From the NCBI RefSeq assembly GCF_009914755.1, contig NC_060925.1: a stretch of DNA of 64,000 nt; one strand, written 5' to 3'. Shown here piece after piece: positions 31,061-45,406 of this stretch (its first letter is position 1; the number at the start of each line of letters is the position of its first letter). The position numbers were made by a program, and so were the translations under genes. Below the pieces are notes generated by a model that made no database searches, was not told where the DNA came from, and worked only from the letters and a program-made list of their open reading frames with translations. The DNA is from the human T2T-CHM13v2.0 reference genome, Homo sapiens.

Positions 31061-31742
31061 TGAAAAAGCAGGAACACATGATAGGGTAGTCTGAGCTCTG
31101 TACAAATAGGAACAGTAACATAGACAAGGAGTAATTAGAGTAGGCTGAAAAAAAATCGAAAGATCTTCTTGAAAAAGATCCTGAAGAAATTTATGAAACT
31201 GAGTTGACTAAGGGAATAAGGAAGCACGTGAGTAAATACAGCAACATTACCTAAATTCCCTTTCCATCATCTCTCTGTCATCTTCTCCCACCTCTCCTAA
31301 CCAACCCACAGGGATTTAAAAACATTATTGAATTTTTATCTAAATGTGATGGAGGATGGACAGGAAGAGAATTACTGATTACTCTCAGTCAGGATTCATC
31401 CTAGCAGCAATTATTTGTAATTTAACTGAAATAAGTCCATTTGACTGAAGAGACAGCTTGGAAATCACTAAAATGAGAAAGGAGATGTTTTAGAGAGTAT
31501 GACTTCTATAAGTGAATGAAAGAGAAATCACCCTTAAACTCACTGGTTTGGGGAAGTGAAGTTCCCACAAATGTGACACACAGGAAATTGCCTTTCCACA
31601 TGTGAGTTTTCTGAACTGAACCAACTGCCATCGATTTGCACTAGTAAGACAGTATTCCTAACCAAAGCAGGGAAAACAATGATGTGATCCCAAGAAGTCC
31701 TTGCACTCCCAGACTTCTAGTCTCATCTGTTTAATTTGACAT

Positions 31743-32813
<1,071 letters not shown>

Positions 32814-33384
32814 GCATCAAAGGTCATAGTTCCTGAAACTGCAGAGACAGCACTGAAGACTGCCATGTAGGAAACAGGATGTCTCTAAAGTGAAAAGAGC
32901 CAGGACTTGGATCTAGAAGTGAGTAGTAGAATGGGAAAGAATCTAGTCGTAACTTAGAAACCACCTCAGTCCTTCCTGGGTTAGCATTTGTCATCGTTTA
33001 CTTAGGCTGCAGCTGAAGGGATTTGATTCAAGCCTCTGTGACTCAGCAGTGGGCACAAGCATTGCTATCCCCCTTTTTTCTAGGAAAATTGTTCAAAAGA
33101 AAACCTTGACACAAACTGCGCATTAACCCTATATTACAACATCTTCATAGAGTCAGGTGAGAAGAAGGGAGGCCAGAGGATCCAGTCTTGAATGCTAACG
33201 GTATCTTAAACAGGGTCTTTATTGAGTTCTACCTTAGTATGGTAAATTATAGTTGTAAGGAGAATGGTCTCCCCTTTGTCCCTTTTGACTACAAGAAGCC
33301 GGTGCTCACCCTCTGAAAAGTCAGAAGATGTACAACATCTGCTACTCCTACCAAATGCTAAGCCACTATGAGGATATAATGCTT

Positions 33385-33856
<472 letters not shown>

Positions 33857-34432
33857 AACAATGCTTTATTTCTTGACTCTCTTTCTACACCCCTACTGCA
33901 AAAGACTAATTTTCCCCAAAGAGGACCTGATTTTGACTGAATTTTAGCCTCTTCCTCTTCCACGTGATAAAGCTGCTAATTGCCTGAGAGAAGACTGCTG
34001 AGTTACAGTGTAGAGGGAAGCATACTCAGGGACAATTAGCAACAATTCTGTTTCTGTTAAACCTTATAATTCTTATATCACTACTGCACAGAACTAGACA
34101 TGGAGCTAGTTTATGTCTCACTGTACCATTTACTAATTTTTTGACCCTGATGAAGTAACTTAACCTCTTGTAGCTTTATCTCATGTACAAAATTGAGACA
34201 ACAGTAAGATGTTCTCATCTAAGTAAAATGTTGAAATGTTGGAGTGTTCCAGGCTTGTTTAGATAGATGGAAAACACACACACACTCATTCACTCTCTCT
34301 CTCTGTTACTCTGTCTTTCCAATAAGTCTTGTTTTCACTTCTTAAGAATCAGCCTAGAGGTGACTGGAGGAAGAGAAACTAAGTTGTGGTGACAAAGAAC
34401 AAGACTATGAGTAAGGATCACTATTACCCTTA

Positions 34433-34765
<333 letters not shown>

Positions 34766-34799
34766 TTTTTTTCAAGGAATAGAACCACTGCACATGCTC

Positions 34800-34959
34800 C
34801 TCCTGATCCCCCAAAGTGTAAGATTTTCATGCAAATAGCTATCTCCCAGGACTTACATTAGTAAGGTATCTGGATATAAAAATCAGTGTTCCCTAAATCA
34901 GCTGTGTTTCCATTATATCAAAAATAAACTTTTAGAAATTACCATTTGAATTAACAAAG

Positions 34960-35002
<43 letters not shown>

Positions 35003-36770
35003 CCTAGAAAGAAATCCCGTAAGATTTGTGCAGGGCATTTATGAAGAAAACTGTGCAATTTATGGGAAGTTATTAAGAAAGACCACATAATTTAATAGAT
35101 ACATTAAGTTTATGGTTTAGAAGACTCAATGTCATTAAGTACAAATTTTCTTCAAATTTGTTTACATATTCAATGTAAATCATCTAAATCCCAACAAATA
35201 CTAAGAAAGCTGACAACTTGATTCAATGTGTACATTAATGAGCAAAAATCCAAGAATAACTATGAAAATCCTGAGATGATTAAGGAGATGTGCACTACCA
35301 TATATAAGGATGTATTATAAAGCTATAATATTAAGACAATGTGGTATTGAGACAAAGATAAGCAAATTGCTGGTCAAATAGCCTAAGCTCTAAAAACACA
35401 TATATATGAAACTTTGTGATAGAATTGTCAGTTCATATCAAAAACAGGATGATTAGGTCTTTTAAATGGTACTGACACAACTGCTTATACACAAGGGAAA
35501 AAAAAGAAATTAGATACCTGCTTCACATCACCTACAGACATGGACTTAAGACTTAATTGTAAAAGGCAAAACTTTAATACTTTTAGAAGAAAATACTTTG
35601 GAATCAGCAAAGATTTCATAAGCAAGACAAAAATACTAATCATAAAATAAAATACTGACAAATTAAACCTCATCAAAATTAAGAACTTTTGTACATGAAA
35701 AGACAACATAAAGAAAGTCAGGAAATGAGTTGCCAATCAGAAAAAAATAATTTCAACAGAAGTAAGCCATGAGGGTTTGTATCAGACTAAATTTTTAAAC
35801 CTTTATAAACCAATAAGAAATAGACAAAAGTGCCCACTATGAACAAAATAAAAGCCACAAACAGATATTTCATGGAAGAAACTGCATAAATGGTAAATTA
35901 ACATATGAAAAAGGACTCAACCTCATCAGTAATCAGGGAAATCTAAATTAAGTCTACCATAGAGTACTATTTTATAACTACAAAAATGGAAATGGGGACT
36001 AAGAAGTCTTCTTACATTATATAAACCAAAAATAAAATTGTAAGACCCCCCAAGCATCTTAATGGACCCCTCCTCTTGGCCAAGGGCATTCCAAAGTGAA
36101 CCTGAAAAACTAGTTCAGGCCATGATGGGAAGGGGGAGCTGAACATGCCTCATCATACCCTCCTCCCTTTTGGAATTACTGGTAGAACAGACTCTAAGTC
36201 TGATAAAAAAAAAAAAACATTTACAATCTATTCTCTCTGAAGTCTGCTGCCTGGATACCTGGAGGCTTCATCTGAATGACAAAACCTTCGTCTCCACAAC
36301 CCCTTATCACAAGCCAGATATTCCTTTCTATTGATAATAAGGAATTGCCAATCAGAAAATCTTTGAATCTGCCTATGACTTGGAAGCCACCTCACCCCTG
36401 CCTGCTGCTTCCAGTTGTCCTGCCTTTCCAAACTGAACCAATGTACCTTTTACATGTATTGATTGATGTCTTATGTCTCTGTAAAATGCATAAAACCAAG
36501 CTGCATCCTGACCACCTTGAGTACATGTTCTCAGGATCTCCTGAGGGCTGTGTCACAGGCCATTGGTCACTCATATTTGGCTCAGGATAAATCTCTTCAC
36601 ATATTTCACAGAGTTTGACTTTTTTGTTGACAAATACTAAGTGTTGACAAGGGATTTAGTGACATAGAAATCCTTATATCCTATTAATGACAGGGCAAAG
36701 TAGTATAGCCATGTAGAAATTAACTTGGCATCATCTTATAAAATTAAAAATTTACACATCTATAACACCT
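34800..36770 (+). mobile_element. Old L1 (L1M) ORF2 3' fragment with (CA)n at ~34962-35002
   Basis: A-rich sense L1 ORF2-like motifs. Confidence 0.7.
36020..36632 (+). mobile_element. MER4-family ERV1 solo LTR
   Basis: TATAAACCAAAAATAAAATT...CAGAGTTTGACTTTTTTGTTGACA. Confidence 0.8.
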
Positions 36771-37044
36771 TATTTTTCTTTCAGTACCTTTTAAAGATGT
36801 TGTTGCTACATTGTCTTCTCACTTGCATTATTTCCAACAAGAAATCTGATGTTTTCTTTGTGCCTCTGTGTGTAGCATGTCTTTTTATCTCCGATCACTT
36901 TTGAGATTTTCTCTCACTAACTTTCAGTAATTTGATTATTAAATCTTTATGCTGTTTTCTTCATGGTTTTTGTTGTTTGGGGGGTGTTTTTATTTGTTTT
37001 TGTGCTTGGGGTTCATTGAGAATCTTGGATTTATAAATTTATAG

Positions 37045-37524
37045 TGTAGGGGAGAAAAAATAATTTTTCTTCTACCCTTCTGAGTTCTCAGCTGGGACTT
37101 TTATAACAAGATAGATTAACAAGAGAAAAGCAGATAATCAGGGAAAAATGAGTAACTCTCAAAGAGGTGGCCTAGAATTTTGGCTTATGTAGCATCTTCA
37201 ACTAAAAGAAAGAAAGAAGGGTGTTGGGAAAGCAAGCTATGGGAAAGTGTTCAGGAAAATCAAACAAGAGTAAGGTTTATTATGCAGATTTAAATTGGTG
37301 CCTTCTCCATTGGTAAGAGCCTTTTGTGATTTAGTCCTCCTTCTTTTCCCAGCCCAGAGAGGGAGATAGCCTTAGAAATGGAGATTTCTTTTAAAAATGT
37401 AAATTTCCCTTACAGAAGGGTAACTTCTACTGTGTTTTTAGAATTCTCCTGTGTCTACTGTTTCTCAAAATAATCCTTATGCCAAAAAGTCATATTTTAG
37501 GGTGGCACATGCCTGTCTCCTACA
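37045..37524 (-). mobile_element. ERV1 solo LTR (MER34-group-like)
   Basis: TG..CA termini interrupting L1 sequence. Confidence 0.6.
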
Positions 37525-37582
37525 AGTTTTCATCAAGTTTGAAAACTTTTTGGTCATTCTTTGTTCAAATATTTTTTCTATC

Positions 37583-38211
37583 TGTTACCAGGAAGGGGTC
37601 CCAATCCAGACTCCGAGAGGGTTCTTGGATCTCATGCAAGGAAGAAGTTGGAGTGAGTCCATAGAGTAAAGTGAAAGCAAGTTTATTTAAGAAAGTAAAG
37701 AAATAAAGAATGACTACTCCATAGGCAGACCAGCCCCAAGGGTTACTGGTTGGCTATTTTTGTGGTTATTTCTTGATTATATGCTAAACAAGGGTTGGAT
37801 TATTATTCCTTTCCAGGAAAGGGGGGGTGCAATTCCAGGAACTGACAGTTCCTCCTCTTTTTAGACCATATAGTGTAATTTCCTGATGTTGCCATAGCAC
37901 TTGTAAACTGTCATGGTGCTGGTGGGAGTGTCTTTTAACATGCTAATGGTTATAATTAGCATATAATGAGCAGTGAGGACGATCAAAGGTCACTTTCATC
38001 ACCATCTTGGTTTTAGTGGCTTTTGGCCAGCTTCTTTACCATATCCTTTTATCAGCAAGGTCTTTGTGACCTGTTCCTTGTGCTGACCTCCTATCTCATC
38101 CTGTGACTAAGAATGCCTTAACCTCCTGGGAATGCAGCCCAGTAGGTCTCAGCCTTATTTCACCCAGCCCCTATTCAAGATGGAGTTGCTCTGGTTCAAA
38201 CGCCTCTGACA
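37583..38211 (-). mobile_element. MER41 (MER41B-like) solo LTR
   Basis: - strand begins TGTCAGAGGCGTTTGAACCAGAGCAACTCCATCTTGAATAGGGGCTGGG; perfect TSD TATC at 37579-37582 and 38212-38215. Confidence 0.9.
37811..37841. promoter_or_regulatory. Tandem GAS (STAT) motifs in MER41
   Basis: TTCCAGGAA at 37811-37819 and 37833-37841. Confidence 0.7.
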
Positions 38212-38244
38212 TATCCACCTTCCTCTTTTTTCAAGGACTCCAAT

Positions 38245-38944
38245 TGTAACGCTAAAGATTTTTGCCTTAGCCAGACCAAAGAATTGGTGTGGCGGCTGCC
38301 CGTGGCGATGGAAACACGGACCAAGAGAAAAAAGGCTGTAGGCTTTATTGAGCAGAGTGACAGTACAAAGCTTTTCAGCGTGGAAGGGGTTTCGAGCGGG
38401 TAGTCAGAGGTCGATGATGCAGTTGCTTTTGAAACTCTTTAAGGCGGGAAATACGTGTAGAGGGAAGATGTTACCAGAGCGAGAAACAAAGGCAGTAAAT
38501 TATTTTGTGACATGTCTTAGATTTTGAGGAAAACCAGAATTGTAACTTAGGTTTTATTTATTTTATGACCTTGCAGCAGCATGGCAAAGGAAACAATCTT
38601 ACAGGACTTTATAAAGTATGTTTACAAGGAATTGGAATTGGGAGTATAGATAAAGTTCGCTGGTCATAGAAAAACAGGCATTTAATATTCCTTTTAGTTT
38701 TAGGGGAGGGGGAAGGGAGAGAGGGAGAGAGGACACAGGGAAGCTTACAGCAAAATTTTTGCTGTTTATAGCTTTTTTTGGGAAGAAAACACATGCACAA
38801 ATCCTGGTGTTAGGAATATTTTAAGCATATATCTTTAATATTATTCATTCAGGACCGAAGTAAGTTCTGATGCAGAAAATGAGTGAGTTTTACAGCTTTC
38901 TGAGCCCGTTTGACTCAGGAAGCCCAGCTGGCCCCCTCCTTTCA
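38245..38944 (-). mobile_element. ERV1 solo LTR (LTR30-like)
   Basis: - strand begins TGAAAGGAGGGGGCCAGCTGGGCTTCCTG; TG..CA termini; TSD-like CAAT/AAAT. Confidence 0.7.
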
Positions 38945-39331
38945 AAATTACACATATATTAGGCCACTTGAAGTTGTCCCACACCTCACTGATGCTCTTT
39001 TCATTTTTTTTTAACCCTCTGTTTCATTTTGGATTGTTTCTATTGCTCTGTCTTTGCATTCATTAATCTTGTTTTCTGTGGTCTAATGTGCTCTCAATCC
39101 CATCCAGCATACTGGTATTCATCTCTAGAAGTTGGCTTTTAGTGTTTTTCTATTTTCCATGTCTTAATTGAGGTAAGACCCTTCTGGGTTCTCTATCACA
39201 TGCCTTGTGAATTGTGCTCTCCTTTTTTGGGAACTGGCACTATTTCCAGCCCTGTGTGACTGTTGGGTACTGTTCTAGCTAATGCTTTCAAGTGGTTCTT
39301 TCCTGGGGTAGTTTTTTCACACACATGCACC

Positions 39332-39797
39332 TGTGAAATTAAAAAAAAAAAGAAGAAGAAACTTTTTATCTGAGGAATGTGAGCCCCTTTAAATTATCAG
39401 GCTCGGAGAGGCATTGGAATGAAACTGCAGTCACATCACTCCCCCTTGAGTGATTATCTTGTAAAGCCACTTGCTATACGGGCTCCAGACTAACTGATGC
39501 CAAGCAGCCATAAAATACCATATGCTGGACACCACGACTCATATCCTATAGTTCAACAGTGTATAACCAATAACTAATCCATGTCATCTCTGTAAGCCAA
39601 TGAAAATTTCTATCAAAGAACTTTGTATCCATCCACTTCTTCTTACCTTTGCCTTTAAAAACCTGCTTGTAACAAAAGCTGATTGAGCACTCCCTGAGTT
39701 AACTTGGAAGTGTGTCCTGGGCAGCTGTGCTCACTTTGGCTCAAGTAAACTCTTTAAATTATATCTTGTGCTTCAGCCCCTTCCTTCTAGATCAGCA
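39332..39797 (+). mobile_element. ERV1 solo LTR (MER4 group, MER72/MER57-like)
   Basis: TGTGAAAT...TTTATCTGAGGAATGTGAGCCCC...CAGCA; TSD-like CACC/CACT. Confidence 0.65.
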
Positions 39798-41545
39798 CAC
39801 TGATTACTACTCTGCTGAATACTTGGTGGGGACCCTCAGCAGATCTCTGGAATTCTCTCTGTGTGCAGCTTTTTCATTTCCATTTCTTGGATCCATGAGC
39901 TCTAGCCACCTTGGTCTCTCCAGACTCAGCTCTGTCTCCTCAATTCTGGGACTCCACTGGGACCTGCCTGAGTTCCCCTGTACCACAGCCTGGAGACCCT
40001 CTCAATGCAGTAGGTGAGGCAATTGCAGGGCTCATCTTTTTTCTTCCGTATCTCTCAGGGGTGACTGTCTTTTGTTGCCTGATGTCCACAGTTTCAAAAA
40101 ACATTGTTTCATGTATTTTGTTCTTTTGTTTAATTTTGTTTAATTTTGTTTCAGGTGAGAGGATAAATCCAGTCTCTGCTACTCCATCTTGGCTGGAAAT
40201 CTGGTATATCATTAATAATATTCTTGTTGTTAATTTGGGTTGTGGGTTTATAAATGTTCATTTTCTTATTTTGCATCATTAACCATATACACATATATAT
40301 TACACATTTTTTCATTTGCGTAAAATATTAGTCAACTTTTTTAAGTTCTAAAAGAAAGTGAAGAGCCCTGGGGCGGAACAAGGGCAAAGAAGTAGGAAGA
40401 GTCTGTGGCCAACCTCTTAACTCACGTACCTTTCTGACCCCTCTACCTCTTCTACCTAGAGCCCTCCATCTCAGCCAGCTCCCCCTGTCCTTGTCACCAT
40501 GACTCTGAAGGTGCCTTTCTGACACACCAAGATGGTCAAGGAAAAATGGTGCTGGGTTAGGTGACAGGGAAGATCATGAGCTTTCATACTTTATGATCTG
40601 ACAAGCCACTGTAGCCTCTCACATTTATACACTAAGTGAGGGTCTTTCAGAATAGCGCTTCAGTGTCTGCACCTGACTCACACTATTAGGCAGTTAAAAG
40701 CTGGGGAATGAGCTCATGTGAAGAGTTTTTCCATTTCAGATGATAGCTATTTTTAGGAACACAAGCTACATAAATGTTTTAACCCTTTTCCCATCCTTTT
40801 CCTCTTGCTGCTGTGATACAGGAAGAAAATCAAAATGGAGTGACCTTGCTATCTGGGGAAAGATGAAAACTGCATATGCAAAAGCAAACAGACTGAGATT
40901 TATAACGAGTTGATCCCTTAAAAGCTTAGGAAAGAATCTCAAGGGCACATAGGAAAATAAGCAAAGGGCTTGATAGACATATTCATGACAACACAAGAAG
41001 GTGAAGTCGGGAAGAGGAAATGGACAAGGTCATCCCAAATTGAAATAACTTATAAAAGATAAATTATAATATCTCCAGAAATTAACTGTAAACATTCCTA
41101 TAAAATCATAGATGATAATTTTTTAAAATAAAAGATTGAGTAGTAAGAATAACTAAGAATAAAAAATTAATGAGTTCCTAGTGGAAACTTAAAATTGAAC
41201 CACTGGGGGACTTTCTATAATGAATGGCAGTTGAAGAAAAAAATCGGGTAAACTTTATATGAATATTTGAGAAACACCTCAAGCATTAGCAACTACATAA
41301 AAGTTATACATTTCACCTGTCCAAGAGCTGTTACAACAGTATACAAAACATATTAAGCAAAATTGTACTATAGACAATTACTTATATGCAATTCTTTACT
41401 TAAAATTTAGCAGATACATTTGAATAGTTTCTAAAACACATGATCATCAAAGAAGGAATTGAGTAGGAAATAAAGCATTACTGTTTTTTACTCATAAAGA
41501 GATGAAAATAAAATAAATTATTGGTCAATTCTTTATGAGATTTAA

Positions 41546-41869
<324 letters not shown>

Positions 41870-42039
41870 TAAAAAAAACATATCAAATAATTGTTCATAA
41901 ATCATTTTCTGTAGTAGAGAGCAATTTTTCTTAAAATTGGCAAATAAGATTTTGCATCTACCTTTGAGAAAATTGTATTTGTAAAGTGATTTTAAAAGAA
42001 TGAAGCCTATGAGTATGATGGCATTATAAAAGTATCAGT

Positions 42040-42379
<340 letters not shown>

Positions 42380-42408
42380 CTAATTGTTCTTCTGAGCATC
42401 ATGATTTT

Positions 42409-42662
42409 TTTCCATGAATTTTTATTTTAAGTTCCAGGGTACATGCGCGGGATGTGCAGTTTGATTACATAGGTAAACGTGTGCCATAGTGATTTGCTGC
42501 ACAGATCAACCCATCACCTAGGTATTAAGCAAAGCATTTATTAGCTCTTCTACCTGACATTCTCCCTCCCCCAACCCCACCCGACTGGCCACAGTATGTG
42601 TTGTTCCCCCACCATGTGTCCGTGTCTTCTCATCGTTCAGCTCCCACTTATAAGTGAGAACA
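42409..42662 (-). mobile_element. 5'-truncated L1PA 3' end
   Basis: L1PA 3'UTR motifs; 15-bp TSD GAGCATCATGATTTT at 42394-42408 and 42663-42677. Confidence 0.9.
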
Positions 42663-44719
42663 GAGCATCATGATTTTCATTGTCCATCAAATGCTAGAAG
42701 ACTACTCTGCTTTTGTTACTATGTTTGCCCCATTTTTCTAGCTCTTCTTACATGAATTTAAACCTACATCAATGGCTATTTCCTCAACATTTGGAAACAA
42801 CAATACTTATTAGAAAGAAAGTATTTTATCCTTCCAGGCTATAGATCTTACATTCCTCTTACACAACAATCCTAATTCCCTCATGTTATCCTGATCAATG
42901 AAATGATTTCACTTATTTTTCAAAGAAGTAGCTATTTTACTACAAAGCAGGAATCGCAAGGCATGGGGTGGGCACTGTTATACTCCATCAGTGAGTACGT
43001 AAAGGAAATCAAACTGTCTGATTTTGAATCCTGCTTCTATTTTTTACAACCTTGGACAAATTACTGATTTCCTCTTTCACTAGGTTTATCATTTGTAAAA
43101 TGGAGATACTAGTGTCTACTCATGGATTATTGTGAGGCTTAAATAAGAAAACATGTATCAAGCATATTTGTCTGGCATGTAATAAGCACTCTAAAATTTA
43201 TGCAGTGATGAGGATAATGATCATAGACAATCTGATAGCATCTTATCCAAAGGAAAAAATGCGCATTTCCTTTGAGTAAGCACTACTGATTCTAGGAATG
43301 TGTCCTAAGGAAAAAATAAGTCAAATGTTTAAAGGTAGTCACAAGACTATTTTGGTAGTAAGCAGTCTTTTTTACTGGTCACACAGTAAAAAATTAGAAA
43401 TAACCTACATGTTCATGAAGAGAAGTTGGTGAAATAAATTATGGTACATGCATACAGTAGAAAACTTTGGAGACAAAATAGTAAAATAGTTACAGATATA
43501 GGCTTTGAATATAAATTTTAACAAGCTGAGGCTTCTCTCGTCTCTTCAGAACACCCTGAGTTCTTCCCGGCCTTTCTTCCTTGCTTTTCATTTGTGTCAG
43601 TCAGCTCTTGCTCGTATAGCAATCCTCAAATCTCAGTAGCATATAAAGGTAAGCATTTAGTTCTCACTTACAAGTTTGCAGGGCAGGTGAGGCAGCTCTG
43701 CCTCAAGCCACAATGTCTAGGACAGCTCTGTTTCGCACTGTGGCTGACTAGCTAAAAAATGTTCTTGTCTCAGCAATCACAGGAGAACAAGAGGGTGAGA
43801 GATAATGTGTGAAGCTTCCTAAGTGCTAAGTTTGAAATTAGCACCATGTCATTTCCATTCACATTTCGCTGGCCAATGAAAGTCTCATGATGAGCCACAG
43901 TCAAGAGTCAGAGACATACCCTCATGAGGCTGTGGAGAGAGTGTAGATTCAGGGAGCGGTGAGAAACTGGGGCCAGTACACCAACTTACAGCATGATTTG
44001 TCATCATTTTTCATTCTCTGCTAGTAAGATTGCCAAAGTCTCTCTGCACTCATTGAATTCATTTAGCTCTCTTTAGCTCTCTTTTTTTAGCTCTCATTTA
44101 GTTTCCATTTAGCTCTCTTTCTCTCTTACCACAATACCTAAAAATCTTTTTATGGGGTTACAACTCTGTCTCAGGAGCCACCTCAGTTTGGTGGCACAGA
44201 GCTCCCCACTTGTACTCTGAAACTCTTTTCTTGAAGATATTGCTATCCATGTGCATGAGTTATTTTTCTTCTCCATAGCATCCACATTAAACAATTAATT
44301 ACCTTGGATTTAGCCAAAATAAACACTCCAAATTCATGATGTCTTTCAGGAAGAGAGTTTGTTTTCTTTTTTAACCAAAATGGGAGATTGATCCTGTCTG
44401 TGTCCCCTAGAGGAGCAGAGGCTGGTTTGTATTAGGGCAGCTCTTGTAGATGAGTAACTTTTCCCATGGCCTCATAGAGGCTGATATAGAAACTTCTGGA
44501 TTCAAATGATTGTTTGGAGGCATTAGCCAGGCATTGAACCAATTATAAAGAGTGAGGTTTTGCCATATTCTAACCGTAAGAAACAGAAACGGTAGAGGGT
44601 AAAAATAGAATAGAATGTCAATACAACTTTAGCCTTTTCCCTGGATTCTGAGAGTTCATAACCTGAAAATCAGAGATTCAAACTGGGAGAGATGGGCTAA
44701 CAGGTATGAGCATGGGAAA

Positions 44720-44758
44720 AGCATGTTTCAAGAATTTGAGATGTATTTCCCAGAAAAG
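44720..44758 (+). promoter_or_regulatory. FCGR1A: IFN-gamma response region (GRR) of the FCGR1A promoter
   Basis: AGCATGTTTCAAGAATTTGAGATGTATTTCCCAGAAAAG; GAS TTCCCAGAA at 44747-44755. Confidence 0.95.
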
Positions 44759-44784
44759 CAACATGATGAAAATGGTCAGAAAAG

Positions 44785-44805
44785 GCAATTTCCTTCCTCT
44801 TTTCT
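44785..44805 (-). promoter_or_regulatory. FCGR1A: PU.1 box of the FCGR1A promoter
   Basis: AAAAGAGGAA on the - strand at 44803-44794, between the GRR and the ATG. Confidence 0.85.
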
Positions 44806-44889
44806 AATTTGGCTCTGGAGCCACCAGCAGAACCTCTTCAATATCTTGCATGTTACAGATTTCACTGCTCCCACCAGCTTGGAGACAAC

Positions 44890-44920
44890 ATGTGGTTCTT
44901 GACAACTCTGCTCCTTTGGG
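44890..44920 (+). CDS. FCGR1A: Fc gamma receptor Ia (CD64) exon 1, signal peptide S1
   Basis: ATG...MWFLTTLLLW followed by a GTAAGT donor; 31 nt. Confidence 0.98.
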
Positions 44921-45315
44921 GTAAGTTGGACTCAGAGGGGACAGTTAGAAGGGTACAGGCTGTGGCTGTTGTGAGTCAAGAGTTTTGTCTTCCTGTGGTA
45001 ACTCTGGGTAGAACTCATGAGTATGAAGCAACTTGTATCTGTGCTTCCATGGTTTATTAGAGCTTATTTTATGAAAAGGATGGGAAGGGCAACCCTGAGG
45101 TAGCATTAAGCCTGGACGCACCGCAGTGAAGTTTCCTTGATAACCACCTGTAGCTTGTTCAGTTCTGTTAGTACTGGATTTTGAGAAAGAGAAATAGAAA
45201 CTCAAGAGATCTGAGTTGATCCCTCAGAGTCTACATTAATTCTGTCTCCCCAATTCTCTCTTCCTCATTATTTTCCTTGGACCAACTGATATCTTTATTC
45301 TCTGATCTCTTGCAG

Positions 45316-45336
45316 TTCCAGTTGATGGGCAAGTGG
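45316..45336 (+). CDS. FCGR1A: FCGR1A exon 2, 21-nt S2 mini-exon
   Basis: TTGCAG|TTCCAGTTGATGGGCAAGTGG|GTGAGT, encoding VPVDGQV. Confidence 0.97.
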
Positions 45337-45378
45337 GTGAGTGATCTCTAACTCAGCTTCTCCTTCTATGCCACTTTC

Positions 45379-45406
45379 CTACTTCCAAAGGATGGGTCCT
45401 ATTAAC
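45379..45406 (-). CDS. H2BC18: Coding part of the antisense terminal exon of the spliced H2BC18 (HIST2H2BF) isoform
   Basis: TCTTCTGCAG|G TTA ATA GGA CCC ATC CTT TGG AAG TAG = (K)LIGPILWK*, matching the recalled C-terminal extension of the long H2B 2-F isoform; the histone body is not in this window. Confidence 0.75.

Noticed and set aside
44060-44125. Repeated TTTAGCTCTC units as an array
   Set aside because: Four short, irregularly spaced copies; ordinary slippage, not CRISPR-like
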